From positions 2,051-66,050 of IMG/VR virus record IMGVR_UViG_3300020236_000037: a DNA stretch of 64,000 bases. One strand, given 5' to 3'. Every line of letters begins with the position of its first letter. Position 1 is the stretch's first letter. The notes beneath the pieces are model-generated. The model searched no databases. It was not told the origin of the DNA and saw nothing but the letters and a program-made list of their open reading frames with translations. Below, one piece after another: positions 28,860 to 39,244 of this stretch. The translations under genes were made by a program, and so were the position numbers. The DNA is from a virus (Duplodnaviria; Caudoviricetes).

Positions 28860-30076
28860 CAGTATTTACTAGCACTGCATCAAACCCGTCATTCACTCGC
28901 ATGCTGAGGAGGAGATGGGGTGCGGACCTGAAAGGTCTGAAACCAGACACAGTAACCAGCAAGGAGTTGTTCGGGATTGTTGAACAGCAGGCTGCGCTCG
29001 TACAGCAGCTTGTCGAAGAGCTTGCTTCATTTATGGGGACGTCGTCGACATTCACACAGTACGCACCGCAGATCATATCGTACAGTCCGTCTACGATTGA
29101 ACGAAGTGCGGATGGGACAGTACCTGGTGGTCCTGGACAAGACAAGACAAGCACAACCTCAACTTCGACGGTAAAGTGCCGTGAAGGCAATATCGCAACA
29201 CTCACCGTAGAGAACCCTGACTCCGAATGGGACGAAGAAAAAGATGAAATACGAGGAGGAATGTCTGGCAAGTTTGATGGCGTTGCCAGCTTCGACGTGA
29301 TTTGTGCAAACGCCATCTACGTAGACCATATAGCAACCCACATAGCATTTCAGCTTCCGCTTACTGGGTTTGGTCCAGAGGAGAATGCTACTGTACTGGA
29401 TTACTACGACGGATTCGATCCGGATCCAGAGTCGCTAGGAGTCTCAGTTCTTGATCCATACAACCTGTTCGTTGACCATATCCCATTCGCAAAGGGCAAG
29501 GCCGTATGGGACCCAAACGACAAGGATTACATCGCAGTAGAGGCTCAGACGGTAGACGTCGCTGGGGGTATTGGCGTTAGCCAGCACATAGCGTTCCAGT
29601 TGCCTCCTGAGGGATTTGGCCTTAATGACAACGCTATCGTCCTTGAGTATTTCGGGGGAGACGACCCGGACCCAGATGACGAAGGTGTCTCGATACTCGA
29701 TCCTGCTGGACTGTTCCCAGACGCCATATGGATGGCAAAGGGAAAGGCCTTTTGGGCGACTATAGACGGGAAGGAAGTCTTCATAGCCGTCGAGGCAGAG
29801 ACAGGACCTCCCGTTGTTTATTCTCCGTGCCTTGAGAACAACTATAACCCATTCATATGTCAAGCGTTTGTTCATGGACCATGTTCATGTGCGCCTGATG
29901 GAGAGAGGCCATACCCTCTGTGTCCGATAGACTGGTGCGACCTTATTACGATAGACGTGTACGTACGGTTTGAGATGAAGGCGGATGGCTTGTATGGGTA
30001 CAAGAAGAAGGTAACGGTCATAACAAACGACACGGAAGAGGAAGCGCTGATATTTGCAACAACTGACTGCGCGTAA
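28856..30076 (+). CDS. putative tail fibre/spike protein with an internal tandem domain duplication
   Basis: Two copies of HIAFQLP..GFG...NA.VL.Y..G.DPDP...GVS.LDP..LF...AKGKA.W...IAVEA.T. Confidence 0.5.
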   Translation: MTVFTSTASNPSFTRMLRRRWGADLKGLKPDTVTSKELFGIVEQQAALVQQLVEELASFMGTSSTFTQYAPQIISYSPSTIERSADGTVPGGPGQDKTSTTSTSTVKCREGNIATLTVENPDSEWDEEKDEIRGGMSGKFDGVASFDVICANAIYVDHIATHIAFQLPLTGFGPEENATVLDYYDGFDPDPESLGVSVLDPYNLFVDHIPFAKGKAVWDPNDKDYIAVEAQTVDVAGGIGVSQHIAFQLPPEGFGLNDNAIVLEYFGGDDPDPDDEGVSILDPAGLFPDAIWMAKGKAFWATIDGKEVFIAVEAETGPPVVYSPCLENNYNPFICQAFVHGPCSCAPDGERPYPLCPIDWCDLITIDVYVRFEMKADGLYGYKKKVTVITNDTEEEALIFATTDCA

Positions 30077-30082
30077 CAGCAA

Positions 30083-30643
30083 ATGCTATATCCTCAATTC
30101 TTCATGAATGGCGGAGCACAGGGTGGTGACACGGTCATCAAAATAGGACCAGATCCCTTTGATGAGGTGCTTCGCAGAAAGGACTACGGAAACAAGATAG
30201 CGATAGACCAGGCGTGCTGCTGTGTGCCTTCACTGTGCTGCGACAGTGGAAGTGCCGGGGGAACGTCGGCCACGGTAAGTATTATCCTGGACCCTGATCC
30301 GCCAGAATATTGCTGCACAACGCTTTCTGGAACATACGTACTCCCGCTGAGGGATGATGAGCCTGACGCATGCTGTAGATGGGACGCTAATATTGGTGCA
30401 GCATGTCCCGTTTGGTTTCCTGGAGTAAGCTTCGATATATATCTGATCTTGTGTAGGACCAGTCCTACGGAAGGTAGAATCGACCTGTTTCTCGTAAAGA
30501 ATACCTTGCCGAATCTCGTAACGAAGTGGGGTGCGGACATAGCCGACTTCACCCCTGGAACATGTGCGTGGGTAGGAACTCTTCCTGTAATCTCTGGAAC
30601 GTGGTGTACGGCATCCGGTCCAGCCATAGTGTCGATAGCATGA
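30083..30643 (+). CDS. Cys-rich hypothetical virion protein
   Basis: Many Cys and CC pairs; tail region. Confidence 0.55.
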   Translation: MLYPQFFMNGGAQGGDTVIKIGPDPFDEVLRRKDYGNKIAIDQACCCVPSLCCDSGSAGGTSATVSIILDPDPPEYCCTTLSGTYVLPLRDDEPDACCRWDANIGAACPVWFPGVSFDIYLILCRTSPTEGRIDLFLVKNTLPNLVTKWGADIADFTPGTCAWVGTLPVISGTWCTASGPAIVSIA

Positions 30644-31014
30644 CTACTGAACCATACACCATCAAGAAGACGTTCAAGTCATTTGCATATGAAACTATGT
30701 TGTGGAAGGCTGTCGGGTCTCCGAAGAGAAGTGAGTCCGAGAAGAAGGAGATCTTCAATATCTGTTCGATCTGCGAGCACCAGTCAAGGGGTAGGTGCTC
30801 AATATGCCATTGTCATATTTATGAAGGATCCAGTAAGATAGCTTGGGGGTCGACAAGCTGTCCTGAAGGGAAGTGGGGTCCGCGGAGTGACCTGGTTGAC
30901 ACGGTGAAACTGATACACGACGTTCACGACAAGGAACGAGAATCAAACAGGCCGCCGCCGCCGGCAAGAAAGTCAAGTGGCGGCTGCTGCGGAGGGAGAA
31001 AGAAAGATGGCTAA
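30640..31014 (+). CDS. Cys-rich small protein (DUF6171-like CxxC..RCxxCxC..CPxGKW)
   Basis: CSICEH...RCSICHC...TSCPEGKW. Confidence 0.6.
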   Translation: MTTEPYTIKKTFKSFAYETMLWKAVGSPKRSESEKKEIFNICSICEHQSRGRCSICHCHIYEGSSKIAWGSTSCPEGKWGPRSDLVDTVKLIHDVHDKERESNRPPPPARKSSGGCCGGRKKDG

Positions 31015-31423
31015 GGCAAGAATGGGTGGGAACCAGCAGGGAAACCAGCTCGGACAAATACTCGCAGCGCTTGGATCCGGAAATGTCTACACCGGCCAGC
31101 GAGCTTTCGGAGGAGTCAACGACCCACGCGGGTTCAACCTTGGCAGCGCGATTGGAGCTGCATACGCCGGGATCAATCCACTCCGGCAAATGAATGCCAG
31201 CGTGTCGGTAGGCAGGAACCAGGGTGTCGCACAGATAAGGTCTGCGCAGGCTGCTGCCGACGCGCAGAAGTTCGCCTCCAGACAGCAAACCGAGCAGGCG
31301 GCGATCAAGGCGTCTGCGCTGTCTGCGCTGCTCGGTCAGTTCATGAACAGTTACCAGGCCGGAGCGCCAAGCATGAACCTCCGTGCCTTCACTACCGATT
31401 ACGGCGCTGGAATAGGAAGGTGA
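31007..31423 (+). CDS. putative internal virion (ejection) protein
   Basis: Gly/Ala/Gln-rich; podovirus-like position. Confidence 0.55.
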   Translation: MAKARMGGNQQGNQLGQILAALGSGNVYTGQRAFGGVNDPRGFNLGSAIGAAYAGINPLRQMNASVSVGRNQGVAQIRSAQAAADAQKFASRQQTEQAAIKASALSALLGQFMNSYQAGAPSMNLRAFTTDYGAGIGR

Positions 31424-31426
31424 CAC

Positions 31427-32278
31427 ATGGCAATTGGAGCACAGCCTTCAGGATTTCTGGCCGCACCGAACCAGAACCGAAAGTCACAGTTCACGCAGAC
31501 ACGGGACGCTTACGGAAACGTGCAGGCGTCAAACGGCTTGCTCGCAGACCGTGCACGGATCAATTACAACTTCCCCACGGACAGCACCAATTACAACACT
31601 TTGCAGTCACCTTACGGGAGTGGCGGGTATGGTGGTGGTGAAAACATGTTCGCTGCGAATGAGTCTCGCCAGTATGGATTTCCAATGCGCGAGAGGGGAG
31701 GCGGCTCACGGAACATCTTCGATATGTTTCCGCAGTGGAATAATCTACCTGAGGACTCAGGCCGTAGAACACAATTCGCAAACAAGGCTGTGTACGACCA
31801 GTGGGCTGCGCAGAGGCTGGAGAAGTTCTACAACAACCTCCCGGAAACCGCTCGGTCAGCTCGTGGCATCCCTTCGTGGTGGAGGCCGGGGATGCCACCG
31901 ATCTACTCGGATGAGACAGGAGCAGGCGGTGGAGTGGGGACCGGGATCGACGTCGGACCAGTCTACGGTGGTGGTCAAGCGAATGACGCCTACAACCAGA
32001 CCCTCAACCCGACAACTCAGCCGGTGACTGACGGGATGAACAATCCACTATCCCAGCAACTCAACACGCTCCGTGGGATCTACGGCTCACAGGATGCCTC
32101 CAAGTTTGCGCGAGGGATGGCGGAGGCGAACAACGCTCAGCTTCTCGCCAGCCAGAAGGCTAGAGCTGGCGCTGGACTGGACTGGTCTAACCTTGGGTTT
32201 GGTGACTACGCTTCCAATCTGAAAAACCAGGTAACGAACCAGAACACTCTGCTTTCGTTACTGCAAGGACTGATCTGA
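31427..32278 (+). CDS. putative internal virion (ejection) protein
   Basis: Gly/Asn/Gln-rich low complexity. Confidence 0.55.
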   Translation: MAIGAQPSGFLAAPNQNRKSQFTQTRDAYGNVQASNGLLADRARINYNFPTDSTNYNTLQSPYGSGGYGGGENMFAANESRQYGFPMRERGGGSRNIFDMFPQWNNLPEDSGRRTQFANKAVYDQWAAQRLEKFYNNLPETARSARGIPSWWRPGMPPIYSDETGAGGGVGTGIDVGPVYGGGQANDAYNQTLNPTTQPVTDGMNNPLSQQLNTLRGIYGSQDASKFARGMAEANNAQLLASQKARAGAGLDWSNLGFGDYASNLKNQVTNQNTLLSLLQGLI

Positions 32279-32286
32279 GGACTATC

Positions 32287-32961
32287 ATGGCACTACCATG
32301 GGGCGCTGATCAAGCTGACAACTGGCTGAACAGGAACAGCGGGGGTGCCGCAATCTACAACCCCTACAACCGCCGCAAGAACCAGATGCTGGTCAATGCT
32401 GCCAAGATGGAAGAGCTGAATAGGCTGCGGGAGACACGAGGAAAACCAGGAAACAGGCTTGGATCTCCAAAGACGGGTCGACGTCTACCGCCAGTCAGCC
32501 AGATTTCCAGAGCGCTAGATAGCGTCGTGAATGGGTTAGGGTTTGGTGGTGGCGGGGGATTCGGCACTATCAACACCTCGATCACACCGCAGAACATCTA
32601 TTCTCCACGCCTGACCAACATGGCGGTGAACCAGGCGGCGGCAAATGCTGCCACTCAAGGGAACCTCCCCTTCCTGCTTCAGCAGGCAGCAAGACCAGGA
32701 ATTGGCTACAAGTCTCCATCGAGGATGTCTGCCGTGATGCCACAGGTCGCCAGAGCATCTGTGGACGCGAATACGGCACGCTATGCTATCCCCTTCTCGG
32801 ATGCCACAGCCAACGCCAAGAACCTCCTGGCCGGACAGGTGGCCCGCGAGGGAGAGGCTTTAGGGTGGGGTGGACTGCAAAACAAGATGCGCGATCTCCA
32901 GCGCGGATACCAGACGTCAACTCAAACCCCCCTTCTGCAATTACTTTCATCTCTGGCTTAA
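32287..32961 (+). CDS. putative internal virion (ejection) protein
   Basis: GAGG RBS; ends LLQLLSSLA like its neighbour (LLSLLQGLI). Confidence 0.55.
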   Translation: MALPWGADQADNWLNRNSGGAAIYNPYNRRKNQMLVNAAKMEELNRLRETRGKPGNRLGSPKTGRRLPPVSQISRALDSVVNGLGFGGGGGFGTINTSITPQNIYSPRLTNMAVNQAAANAATQGNLPFLLQQAARPGIGYKSPSRMSAVMPQVARASVDANTARYAIPFSDATANAKNLLAGQVAREGEALGWGGLQNKMRDLQRGYQTSTQTPLLQLLSSLA

Positions 32962-32971
32962 CAGGTGAACC

Positions 32972-34735
32972 ATGGCTAAGAAGAAGATGACCCTCAAGGA
33001 GGCCGTTGCCATCAAGCGGAAGATGAACGCATCGAGTAAGTCTGGCGCTCAGATGCTAGAGGAGCTGCGCGCAAGGCAAGCAGAGGTGGATGCAGAGCGC
33101 GCTGTAATGAAGAAGGCCAAGAGGGAGAAGGATCTTGCGGCAGCGGCAAAACGCACGAAGGACGCAATGTCTGCACCAGTGCGAGCGGCAAAGGCGTCTA
33201 AGAAGTACGCCGAGAGCCTGAAGAAGAAGGGTCGAACCAAAGTCGGGAGGAGAGCCGCCTCTGGACTTGGTCCACTCCCGATCAACATGCAGAACCGAGG
33301 AGGCGCGAAGTTCGGTGAGAGAATCTCTATGCCGAAAGGTACGGGGAAGTACATCCCGAAGAAGAAGCCAAGTGGACCCGTGAAGGTAGCGAAGGGACGA
33401 GGGGATACCCTGACAAAAGAGCAGAGGGACGCACAGCGAGCTCCGATCAAAAAGCTGTACAAGGACAAGAAGGAGAAGAAGGCGAAGTTTCGCAAGGACC
33501 GGCAGCGACGCATGAGGCTAGAGAAGCTAGGCGTCGAGGACTTCCTGAGAATGGAACAGGAGCGAAGGATAGAGGAAAACTTCCAGCAAGGACTTGACGA
33601 ACTGAATCCTCCTGAAGTTCAGGACCAGGTTCAGGAGGCAGCGGTACAGGATGCAGCCGTTCAAGAGGCAGTTGCAGCAGGACAGACCGGTCCTCCAACT
33701 CAGCTTCCGGCGGAACCTCCAGGACTTCCTGAGTGGGTTAAGCAGCCCGCTCCCCTGTCGGTCGAAGGCAGGACGTTTCCCGCAGACCCTCAGCCGGAAG
33801 GTCCGACGTTTGAGCCTCCTGCATCAACCCTGGCTCCTTCTCCGACGGAGGTTCCAGATCCACTGCCAGGGAGCGTAGATCCCTTGAGGATGCAGTACGG
33901 TGGACTGGACGGCACGCAATTCAGGGAAGCGATGGGAGATATCCCACGACCTGAGTACATGCAAGCACCTCCCCTGGAGTCACCAGTTGCTCAGCCAGGG
34001 GTTAATCCCATCCCGCAGGCGCTGCAGGGACCTCCTGCGATGAGCAATGCGCCGCAGGAATCGCCACTCGCACAGGCCGCTGCATCTCCATTCTCGGGGG
34101 GAGGGCCAGGGTTTTCTGCAACAGAACCAAGCACGTACACCACAACTCAATACCCGGATCTTGTTCCATTCTCGGCGCGATCAACGAAGTACATTGACAA
34201 GTTTACATCGCAGAAGAAAGTCAACGCGGGAACTGGTGAAACGTGGACTCCACAGCAGGAGCAGATGTATCGACAAACAGCAGTGATGCAAGACAAGAAC
34301 GCAGACGACCTTGCGGACAAGAAGAGAGAAGCGGAAAACACCGCAGCGGTCGAGCTCTACAACCAGCAGAAAATTGCGGCTGGAGAATCAGACAAGAAAA
34401 GGCAGGAGCAAGAGGTCGCGCAAGGCTCTCCGTCTGATCAGGTAAGAGCGAGAGCGGACAAGATAGCCGCGTCCACTGTTCCGGAAGACTTCAAGGCGGG
34501 GTATTACAAAGACCTCGTCGAGAGAGCAATAGGGTTGGGAGGCAATGTCATTGACGACTTGTTTATGCACGCATTTGACTCTGGGAATGATGGCCTACGT
34601 CAGGCGATCGACACAGCAAGGGGAGAGGAGTCCACCGGCGCAGAGAAAGGCGGGTTCTTCGGTTTTGATAACCCTCCAAGTTTCCTGAATATTCCAAACT
34701 TCATTCCAATACCGATCCCTAGAATTCGGCAATAA
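32972..34735 (+). CDS. putative internal virion protein (basic N-terminus, Pro-rich middle)
   Basis: 587-aa ORF; Lys/Arg-rich then Pro/Gln-rich. Confidence 0.6.
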   Translation: MAKKKMTLKEAVAIKRKMNASSKSGAQMLEELRARQAEVDAERAVMKKAKREKDLAAAAKRTKDAMSAPVRAAKASKKYAESLKKKGRTKVGRRAASGLGPLPINMQNRGGAKFGERISMPKGTGKYIPKKKPSGPVKVAKGRGDTLTKEQRDAQRAPIKKLYKDKKEKKAKFRKDRQRRMRLEKLGVEDFLRMEQERRIEENFQQGLDELNPPEVQDQVQEAAVQDAAVQEAVAAGQTGPPTQLPAEPPGLPEWVKQPAPLSVEGRTFPADPQPEGPTFEPPASTLAPSPTEVPDPLPGSVDPLRMQYGGLDGTQFREAMGDIPRPEYMQAPPLESPVAQPGVNPIPQALQGPPAMSNAPQESPLAQAAASPFSGGGPGFSATEPSTYTTTQYPDLVPFSARSTKYIDKFTSQKKVNAGTGETWTPQQEQMYRQTAVMQDKNADDLADKKREAENTAAVELYNQQKIAAGESDKKRQEQEVAQGSPSDQVRARADKIAASTVPEDFKAGYYKDLVERAIGLGGNVIDDLFMHAFDSGNDGLRQAIDTARGEESTGAEKGGFFGFDNPPSFLNIPNFIPIPIPRIRQ

Positions 34736-34738
34736 CAA

Positions 34739-37700
34739 ATGTCACAGCTACCATCACTCCAGGGACTTGGTGGCCTGCCTACTCTAGGTGGAATTAGCCG
34801 ACCACAGAATCCAAACTTCATACCGAAGTTCCCCAAGGACGAGCAGGAGTCTCTCAAGAGTACTGTCCTGAACTCTGTGGTTGCGCCTCTTGCGTTCATT
34901 GGTGGTGTGCTTGGTACACCTGGAGGGTTTGTCCGGGACACTCTTGCCGGAAAGAACCCCTTCCCTAACGTCTTCAACCCGGAAGAGCGCACGACTGGAA
35001 AGGATCTTCTCCAGGAATGGGGCGCGCTCGACAAAAACGACGATAGCTGGGGGGGGTTCTTCGCTGGGTTAGGCGCCGAGATTCTTCTCGACCCACTCAT
35101 TTTCCTCACTGGACCAACCAAGGCTGTTACTAGTCTCGGCGTCAAGGGTGGATTACTTGTTGGAGCCAAGAAGGTCGGCAAGTATGGCAAGAAGCTAACT
35201 GGAAGTAACATCACTCGTGTCATCGAGGAGATTGGCGCAGGCGAGCGCGCTCTTGCGGGTCTGAAGGTCCCCTTTGTAAAGAAGCCATTCGCAACGTTCG
35301 GAACTGGCAAACGATCGGCCAACTTGCTTGAGGCAGTTGCGTATGCACCCGGCATCAGGCAGACAAGGCAGATCTTCAGCGCTGTTCCGGGGATGAAGTA
35401 CGGTGCTGAAAAGAAGCTTCAGATGGAAGCTGATATCAACTACTCAAGACTTCTGGATATGACAGCGTCTGCACAGAAGCAGATCTCCACGCACGGAGGT
35501 CAGGTTAACGAGTTCGATGCCTTATGGGAAAACGGACTGAAGAACTTCATCCAAGACCCCGACAACATGGACATTGTGCAGAGGGTTCTTCCTGACGTAG
35601 ATCCAACGAATATCAGTCTTGACGACTTCATGAGGACACTCGCAGAGCAAGCTGCGAAGAAGCCATCGAAGGTAGCCGCGGGTGAGATCGGCACTGCCTC
35701 TAAGACGCTGGCTGACCTTGAGGCAATCAAGCCTACTGCAGCACAACTTCTAAAGGATCTTGGCGCATCAGATAAACTTGTATTAATGGGTAAGGACGCG
35801 GACCAACTACTGAAGCTCAGGGAGACTGTTAAGTGGGTTGATGAATCGACGACACTGAAGGATGTTGCGGACAGGATGGACACTCTCGTTGATGAAGCCA
35901 TTACTCTGAAGGACAGTGTCAACGATCAGGCTAGGGAGCTTGGCCTTACGGCGAACATTCTTGGCGATGAACTTATCGGTCACTTCCCTCGAAGGATACA
36001 AGAGGATTTCCGGCAGGCATTCGGAACGAAGGGACTTGGACTGTGGGCGCGTCTCGGTAAGAAGGGTGGACCGTTCAGTGAGTACATGATCAAGAGGTCT
36101 GATGTAATCCGCGACATACCAACAAAGACATTGAAGGACATGACTAAGGATGATGTCCTCATGTCTACTGTTCGTGTGGTTAACGGCACGCAGAAGATAG
36201 CAACTGAGATCCCTGAGCACTTCACGAACCTTGGTGGAGACGAACTTGCACGCTTAGGTTTTGGTCCAGAGCTTCTCGTTAAGTTCGGTGTTGATCCGTC
36301 GGATCTTGAGAGATATGGATTCGGACCAGAGGAGATAGCTGGCCTTGACTACAAGAAGCTAGATAAGATCGCTGAAGGACCTTCACTCAGCATGGAAGAC
36401 TTCTTCATGTCTTCCGATGAAATAGAGTCTGTGATCAGCGGTGAATTGAAAGCGGTTGACGAACGTGCAATACGAAATGCTGTTGTAAAGCACGGCGATC
36501 TGAGTGATGTCATCAAGTCCGTGCGCAGAGAGCATGTGCGCTTCTCAAGTGTTGTCGACGAGGTATCTGAAGAAGGCGCAGTGAAGGCCGGTGAGATTGA
36601 GAAGTGGATTTACAACATGCCGATGCCTGGTGTTAATGCCAGGCGTGATGTTGCGCAGACAGGTTGGTTCAATCAAACAGTCATGCGAGACTTGAGTGAG
36701 TACACCCGAAACAACATCGACAGAATACAGGGGACTCGGTTTGCACTTAACTTCCTTGCCAGGAGAGCAGAGACGGACCTTCCGGGTGGGATGACCCTTG
36801 CGGAGGTGGTTAAGAAAGCCGGCCTATCAAACAAAGCAGTGAAGTACCTTGCGGCAAAGGGAGTCGACCCGAACCTTGCGATGGTTCCAGAGTCGCTGAG
36901 CAAGCAGCTCAAGAACATGATCGAGTTCCGCGGCAACCCGAAAGCCGAGTCTGCGTTTGGTGAGACGTTTGACAAGATCATGGCGTTGTGGAAAGGCTCA
37001 ATGACGATGCCATTCCCTGCGTTCCATGACAGGAACTTTGTCAGTGGACTCTGGCAGAACACAATGAATATCTCCAGTGGAAGTCCGCTGGAAGTCTTCA
37101 GGGGATACAGGAACGCAGCCTATGCGATGGCTGGGAAGAAGGTGGAAGCTGGTGGCCTTGATCTCGTGACTGAGGCGAAGGCTTACAACCTACTTCCCGA
37201 GGGTGGACTGAAGTCTGCAGACCTTGTGTCACCTCTCATCTCAGGAAGACCTCTCGACATTGAGGCGCTTGGGAAAGAGGCGCTCGGTGTTATTAACCCG
37301 AAGAGCCTAGCAAGACCGGTAGAATCAGGAGCCAAGGTTCACAACTACGTTGAAGGACTCAATAGGCTGTCTGCATTCAGTATGTTGCTTGAGCAAGGGA
37401 AAGACCCTGCCGCGGCTGCACTGGAGGTGATGAAGAACCACTTCGACTACGGATCTCTGGCTAAGAGTCATCCACTCCAGGCGAGGACATTGAAGCGTGT
37501 GATACCGTTCTACACGTTCACGCGATTCAATCTCCCCAGGCAGGTGATGGACCTTGCGATGCGACCTGGGGGAAGACAGGCACAGAACATCAGGCTGTTC
37601 GAGAACATCAGGAGAGAAGCTGCCGGGAACGAGTTCTTCCCGTCCTACCTAAAAGAGGCGCTTGTAATCCCAACTGACGAGTCTGACGGAAGGAAGAATG

Positions 37701-38251
37701 TCCTCAAGTTCAGTGGGTTGATCCCTCTGCAGGAAGCGTTCAACACATTCAGCTTCAAGCGTCCGGCTGAAGGTGGAATTGCCAGCCTTGACTACAAGAG
37801 GACGTTGCAGAAGATCGGGTCACGGATGAACCCCTTTATTGTGGCCGCTGCCGAGGAGGCGTTTGGACAACAACTGTATTCTGGAAGACCTCTAGAGGAA
37901 ATAAAGAGACTCCCTGTTGGGAACTACTGGCTTGATCGCGCACTCGGTGCATCTCCTCTATCAAGAGCTGCCAATCAGATCAACCAAGCCGTATATGGAG
38001 ACGAAGGCGCAGCACAAAACACGGTTAACTTCCTGCTTGGTGGAGTGAAGGCAACGAGCTTCGACCCGGTAATAGGCGCTCGCATTGAGGCGCTGAAGAC
38101 AATTGAAGACCGAATGAAATGGTCTCCTCAGACGAAGGCGTTCAAGCGCATCAGCTACAAGCAGGATCCAAACGAAGAGCCTCTCACCCCCGAGCAGATC
38201 AGGTTAATGAGTCTCTACAACTACCTCATCTCTCGGAGTCGGTCGAAGTAG
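34739..38251 (+). CDS. large internal virion / DNA ejection protein
   Basis: 1170 aa; C-terminal HFDYG...KRVIPFYTF.RFN pattern (LPD38-like); last gene of the structural block. Confidence 0.65.
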   Translation: MSQLPSLQGLGGLPTLGGISRPQNPNFIPKFPKDEQESLKSTVLNSVVAPLAFIGGVLGTPGGFVRDTLAGKNPFPNVFNPEERTTGKDLLQEWGALDKNDDSWGGFFAGLGAEILLDPLIFLTGPTKAVTSLGVKGGLLVGAKKVGKYGKKLTGSNITRVIEEIGAGERALAGLKVPFVKKPFATFGTGKRSANLLEAVAYAPGIRQTRQIFSAVPGMKYGAEKKLQMEADINYSRLLDMTASAQKQISTHGGQVNEFDALWENGLKNFIQDPDNMDIVQRVLPDVDPTNISLDDFMRTLAEQAAKKPSKVAAGEIGTASKTLADLEAIKPTAAQLLKDLGASDKLVLMGKDADQLLKLRETVKWVDESTTLKDVADRMDTLVDEAITLKDSVNDQARELGLTANILGDELIGHFPRRIQEDFRQAFGTKGLGLWARLGKKGGPFSEYMIKRSDVIRDIPTKTLKDMTKDDVLMSTVRVVNGTQKIATEIPEHFTNLGGDELARLGFGPELLVKFGVDPSDLERYGFGPEEIAGLDYKKLDKIAEGPSLSMEDFFMSSDEIESVISGELKAVDERAIRNAVVKHGDLSDVIKSVRREHVRFSSVVDEVSEEGAVKAGEIEKWIYNMPMPGVNARRDVAQTGWFNQTVMRDLSEYTRNNIDRIQGTRFALNFLARRAETDLPGGMTLAEVVKKAGLSNKAVKYLAAKGVDPNLAMVPESLSKQLKNMIEFRGNPKAESAFGETFDKIMALWKGSMTMPFPAFHDRNFVSGLWQNTMNISSGSPLEVFRGYRNAAYAMAGKKVEAGGLDLVTEAKAYNLLPEGGLKSADLVSPLISGRPLDIEALGKEALGVINPKSLARPVESGAKVHNYVEGLNRLSAFSMLLEQGKDPAAAALEVMKNHFDYGSLAKSHPLQARTLKRVIPFYTFTRFNLPRQVMDLAMRPGGRQAQNIRLFENIRREAAGNEFFPSYLKEALVIPTDESDGRKNVLKFSGLIPLQEAFNTFSFKRPAEGGIASLDYKRTLQKIGSRMNPFIVAAAEEAFGQQLYSGRPLEEIKRLPVGNYWLDRALGASPLSRAANQINQAVYGDEGAAQNTVNFLLGGVKATSFDPVIGARIEALKTIEDRMKWSPQTKAFKRISYKQDPNEEPLTPEQIRLMSLYNYLISRSRSK

Positions 38252-38636
38252 CCTCTTGCTCTCTCTTCTTCTCTTCTTCTCGGTTCTGTTCCTCAAAGAG
38301 CTTATTGCTCGAGCCAGGAACAACCAGCTCCGCAAGGCCATTGTCCTTTGCAGCGTCCCTCCTCCAGCACGCAACTTGCTCGACATGCGGTCGGTAGTAA
38401 AGCGTCGTCGAGTCCCTTCTCCAGTACTTGATCTTGTACTTCTTGGCGATCTTGATGATGGATCTCTGCGACTTTATCTCCAGGACCTTCATCGTGTCCA
38501 TGGGTGTCATGAGCTGTCCGATGAGGTGATCAATCTGCGCTTCTACAGGGCCATTCATGGGAATACATTTGGGAACTTCACCCCTGTGAGCGACTGTAAT
38601 TGAGTATGGGAGCTTCACTCTGTGGGTCTCCGGCAT
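38226..38636 (-). CDS. putative HTH DNA-binding protein (Xis/MerR-like)
   Basis: LMTPMDTMKVLEIKSQRSIIKIAKKYKI.YWRR..TLYYRPHVEQV; AGGGTG RBS; only free-standing minus-strand gene seen. Confidence 0.5.
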   Translation of the reverse strand: MPETHRVKLPYSITVAHRGEVPKCIPMNGPVEAQIDHLIGQLMTPMDTMKVLEIKSQRSIIKIAKKYKIKYWRRDSTTLYYRPHVEQVACWRRDAAKDNGLAELVVPGSSNKLFEEQNREEEKKREQEATSTDSER

Positions 38637-38664
38637 TTGACAGCACCCTACTGGGGTGTATGAT
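38637..38664 (+). promoter_or_regulatory. sigma70-like promoter with a palindromic spacer
   Basis: TTGACA-N16-TATGAT; spacer contains CACCC-tactg-GGGTG. Confidence 0.6.
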
Positions 38665-38716
38665 ACACAATACCTATCCAGTCTACAATGGGGTTTTCCA
38701 GAAAGGAGAGTGCGAA

Positions 38717-38914
38717 ATGGAAATTGAAATGAGGGACGGGAGCATCACACTCCAGGACGGATGCGTGACGTTCTCGACAGAAGGGATCGATCTGACCTTT
38801 GAGAACGACGACGAGCTTCATTTGGCTCTGACTCATCTGCTCAAGTTGATGTCGGTCGACTCATGCGTTCATGGGATGGTCTGTTCTTTGTGTCCTGAGT
38901 CCGTCATCTGCTAA
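38717..38914 (+). CDS. small hypothetical protein
   Basis: AAGGAG RBS; lies between a promoter and a terminator. Confidence 0.6.
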   Translation: MEIEMRDGSITLQDGCVTFSTEGIDLTFENDDELHLALTHLLKLMSVDSCVHGMVCSLCPESVIC

Positions 38915-38933
38915 GAACCTCAGAAACCACCAA

Positions 38934-38968
38934 AGGGGAGTCAGCACCAAAAGCTGGCTCCCCTCTTC
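38934..38968 (+). terminator. intrinsic terminator-like hairpin
   Basis: aggggagtcagc-accaaaa-gctggctcccct followed by cttctg. Confidence 0.6.
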
Positions 38969-39244
38969 TGTTGGATGACTTCCATATTTTGTGTAAAGCA
39001 TTCAGTGTTTTCAGGGTGAAAAACCTTGAATCTACAGCAGGGAATACACCCCCCTCACGCTAGCTATATTTTCTGATTCCTACAAAAATCTATGACCCAT
39101 CCTGTGCAGTGTTCGTAGATTGCCGACAAATCCTACAGTAGGCCATGTAACAAGGAAAATGAAATATATCTTCCTGGGGGTTATAGCTATTTACCACCGT
39201 CAAGATTGGGTATTCAGCCGGGTTTTTGCTGGTGAAAACCGGCA

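Noticed and set aside
30755-35355. Long minus-strand ORFs such as 30755..31426, 33049..33513 and 34600..35355
   Set aside because: Shadow frames of well-supported + genes with no recognisable motifs, unlike the intein HNH
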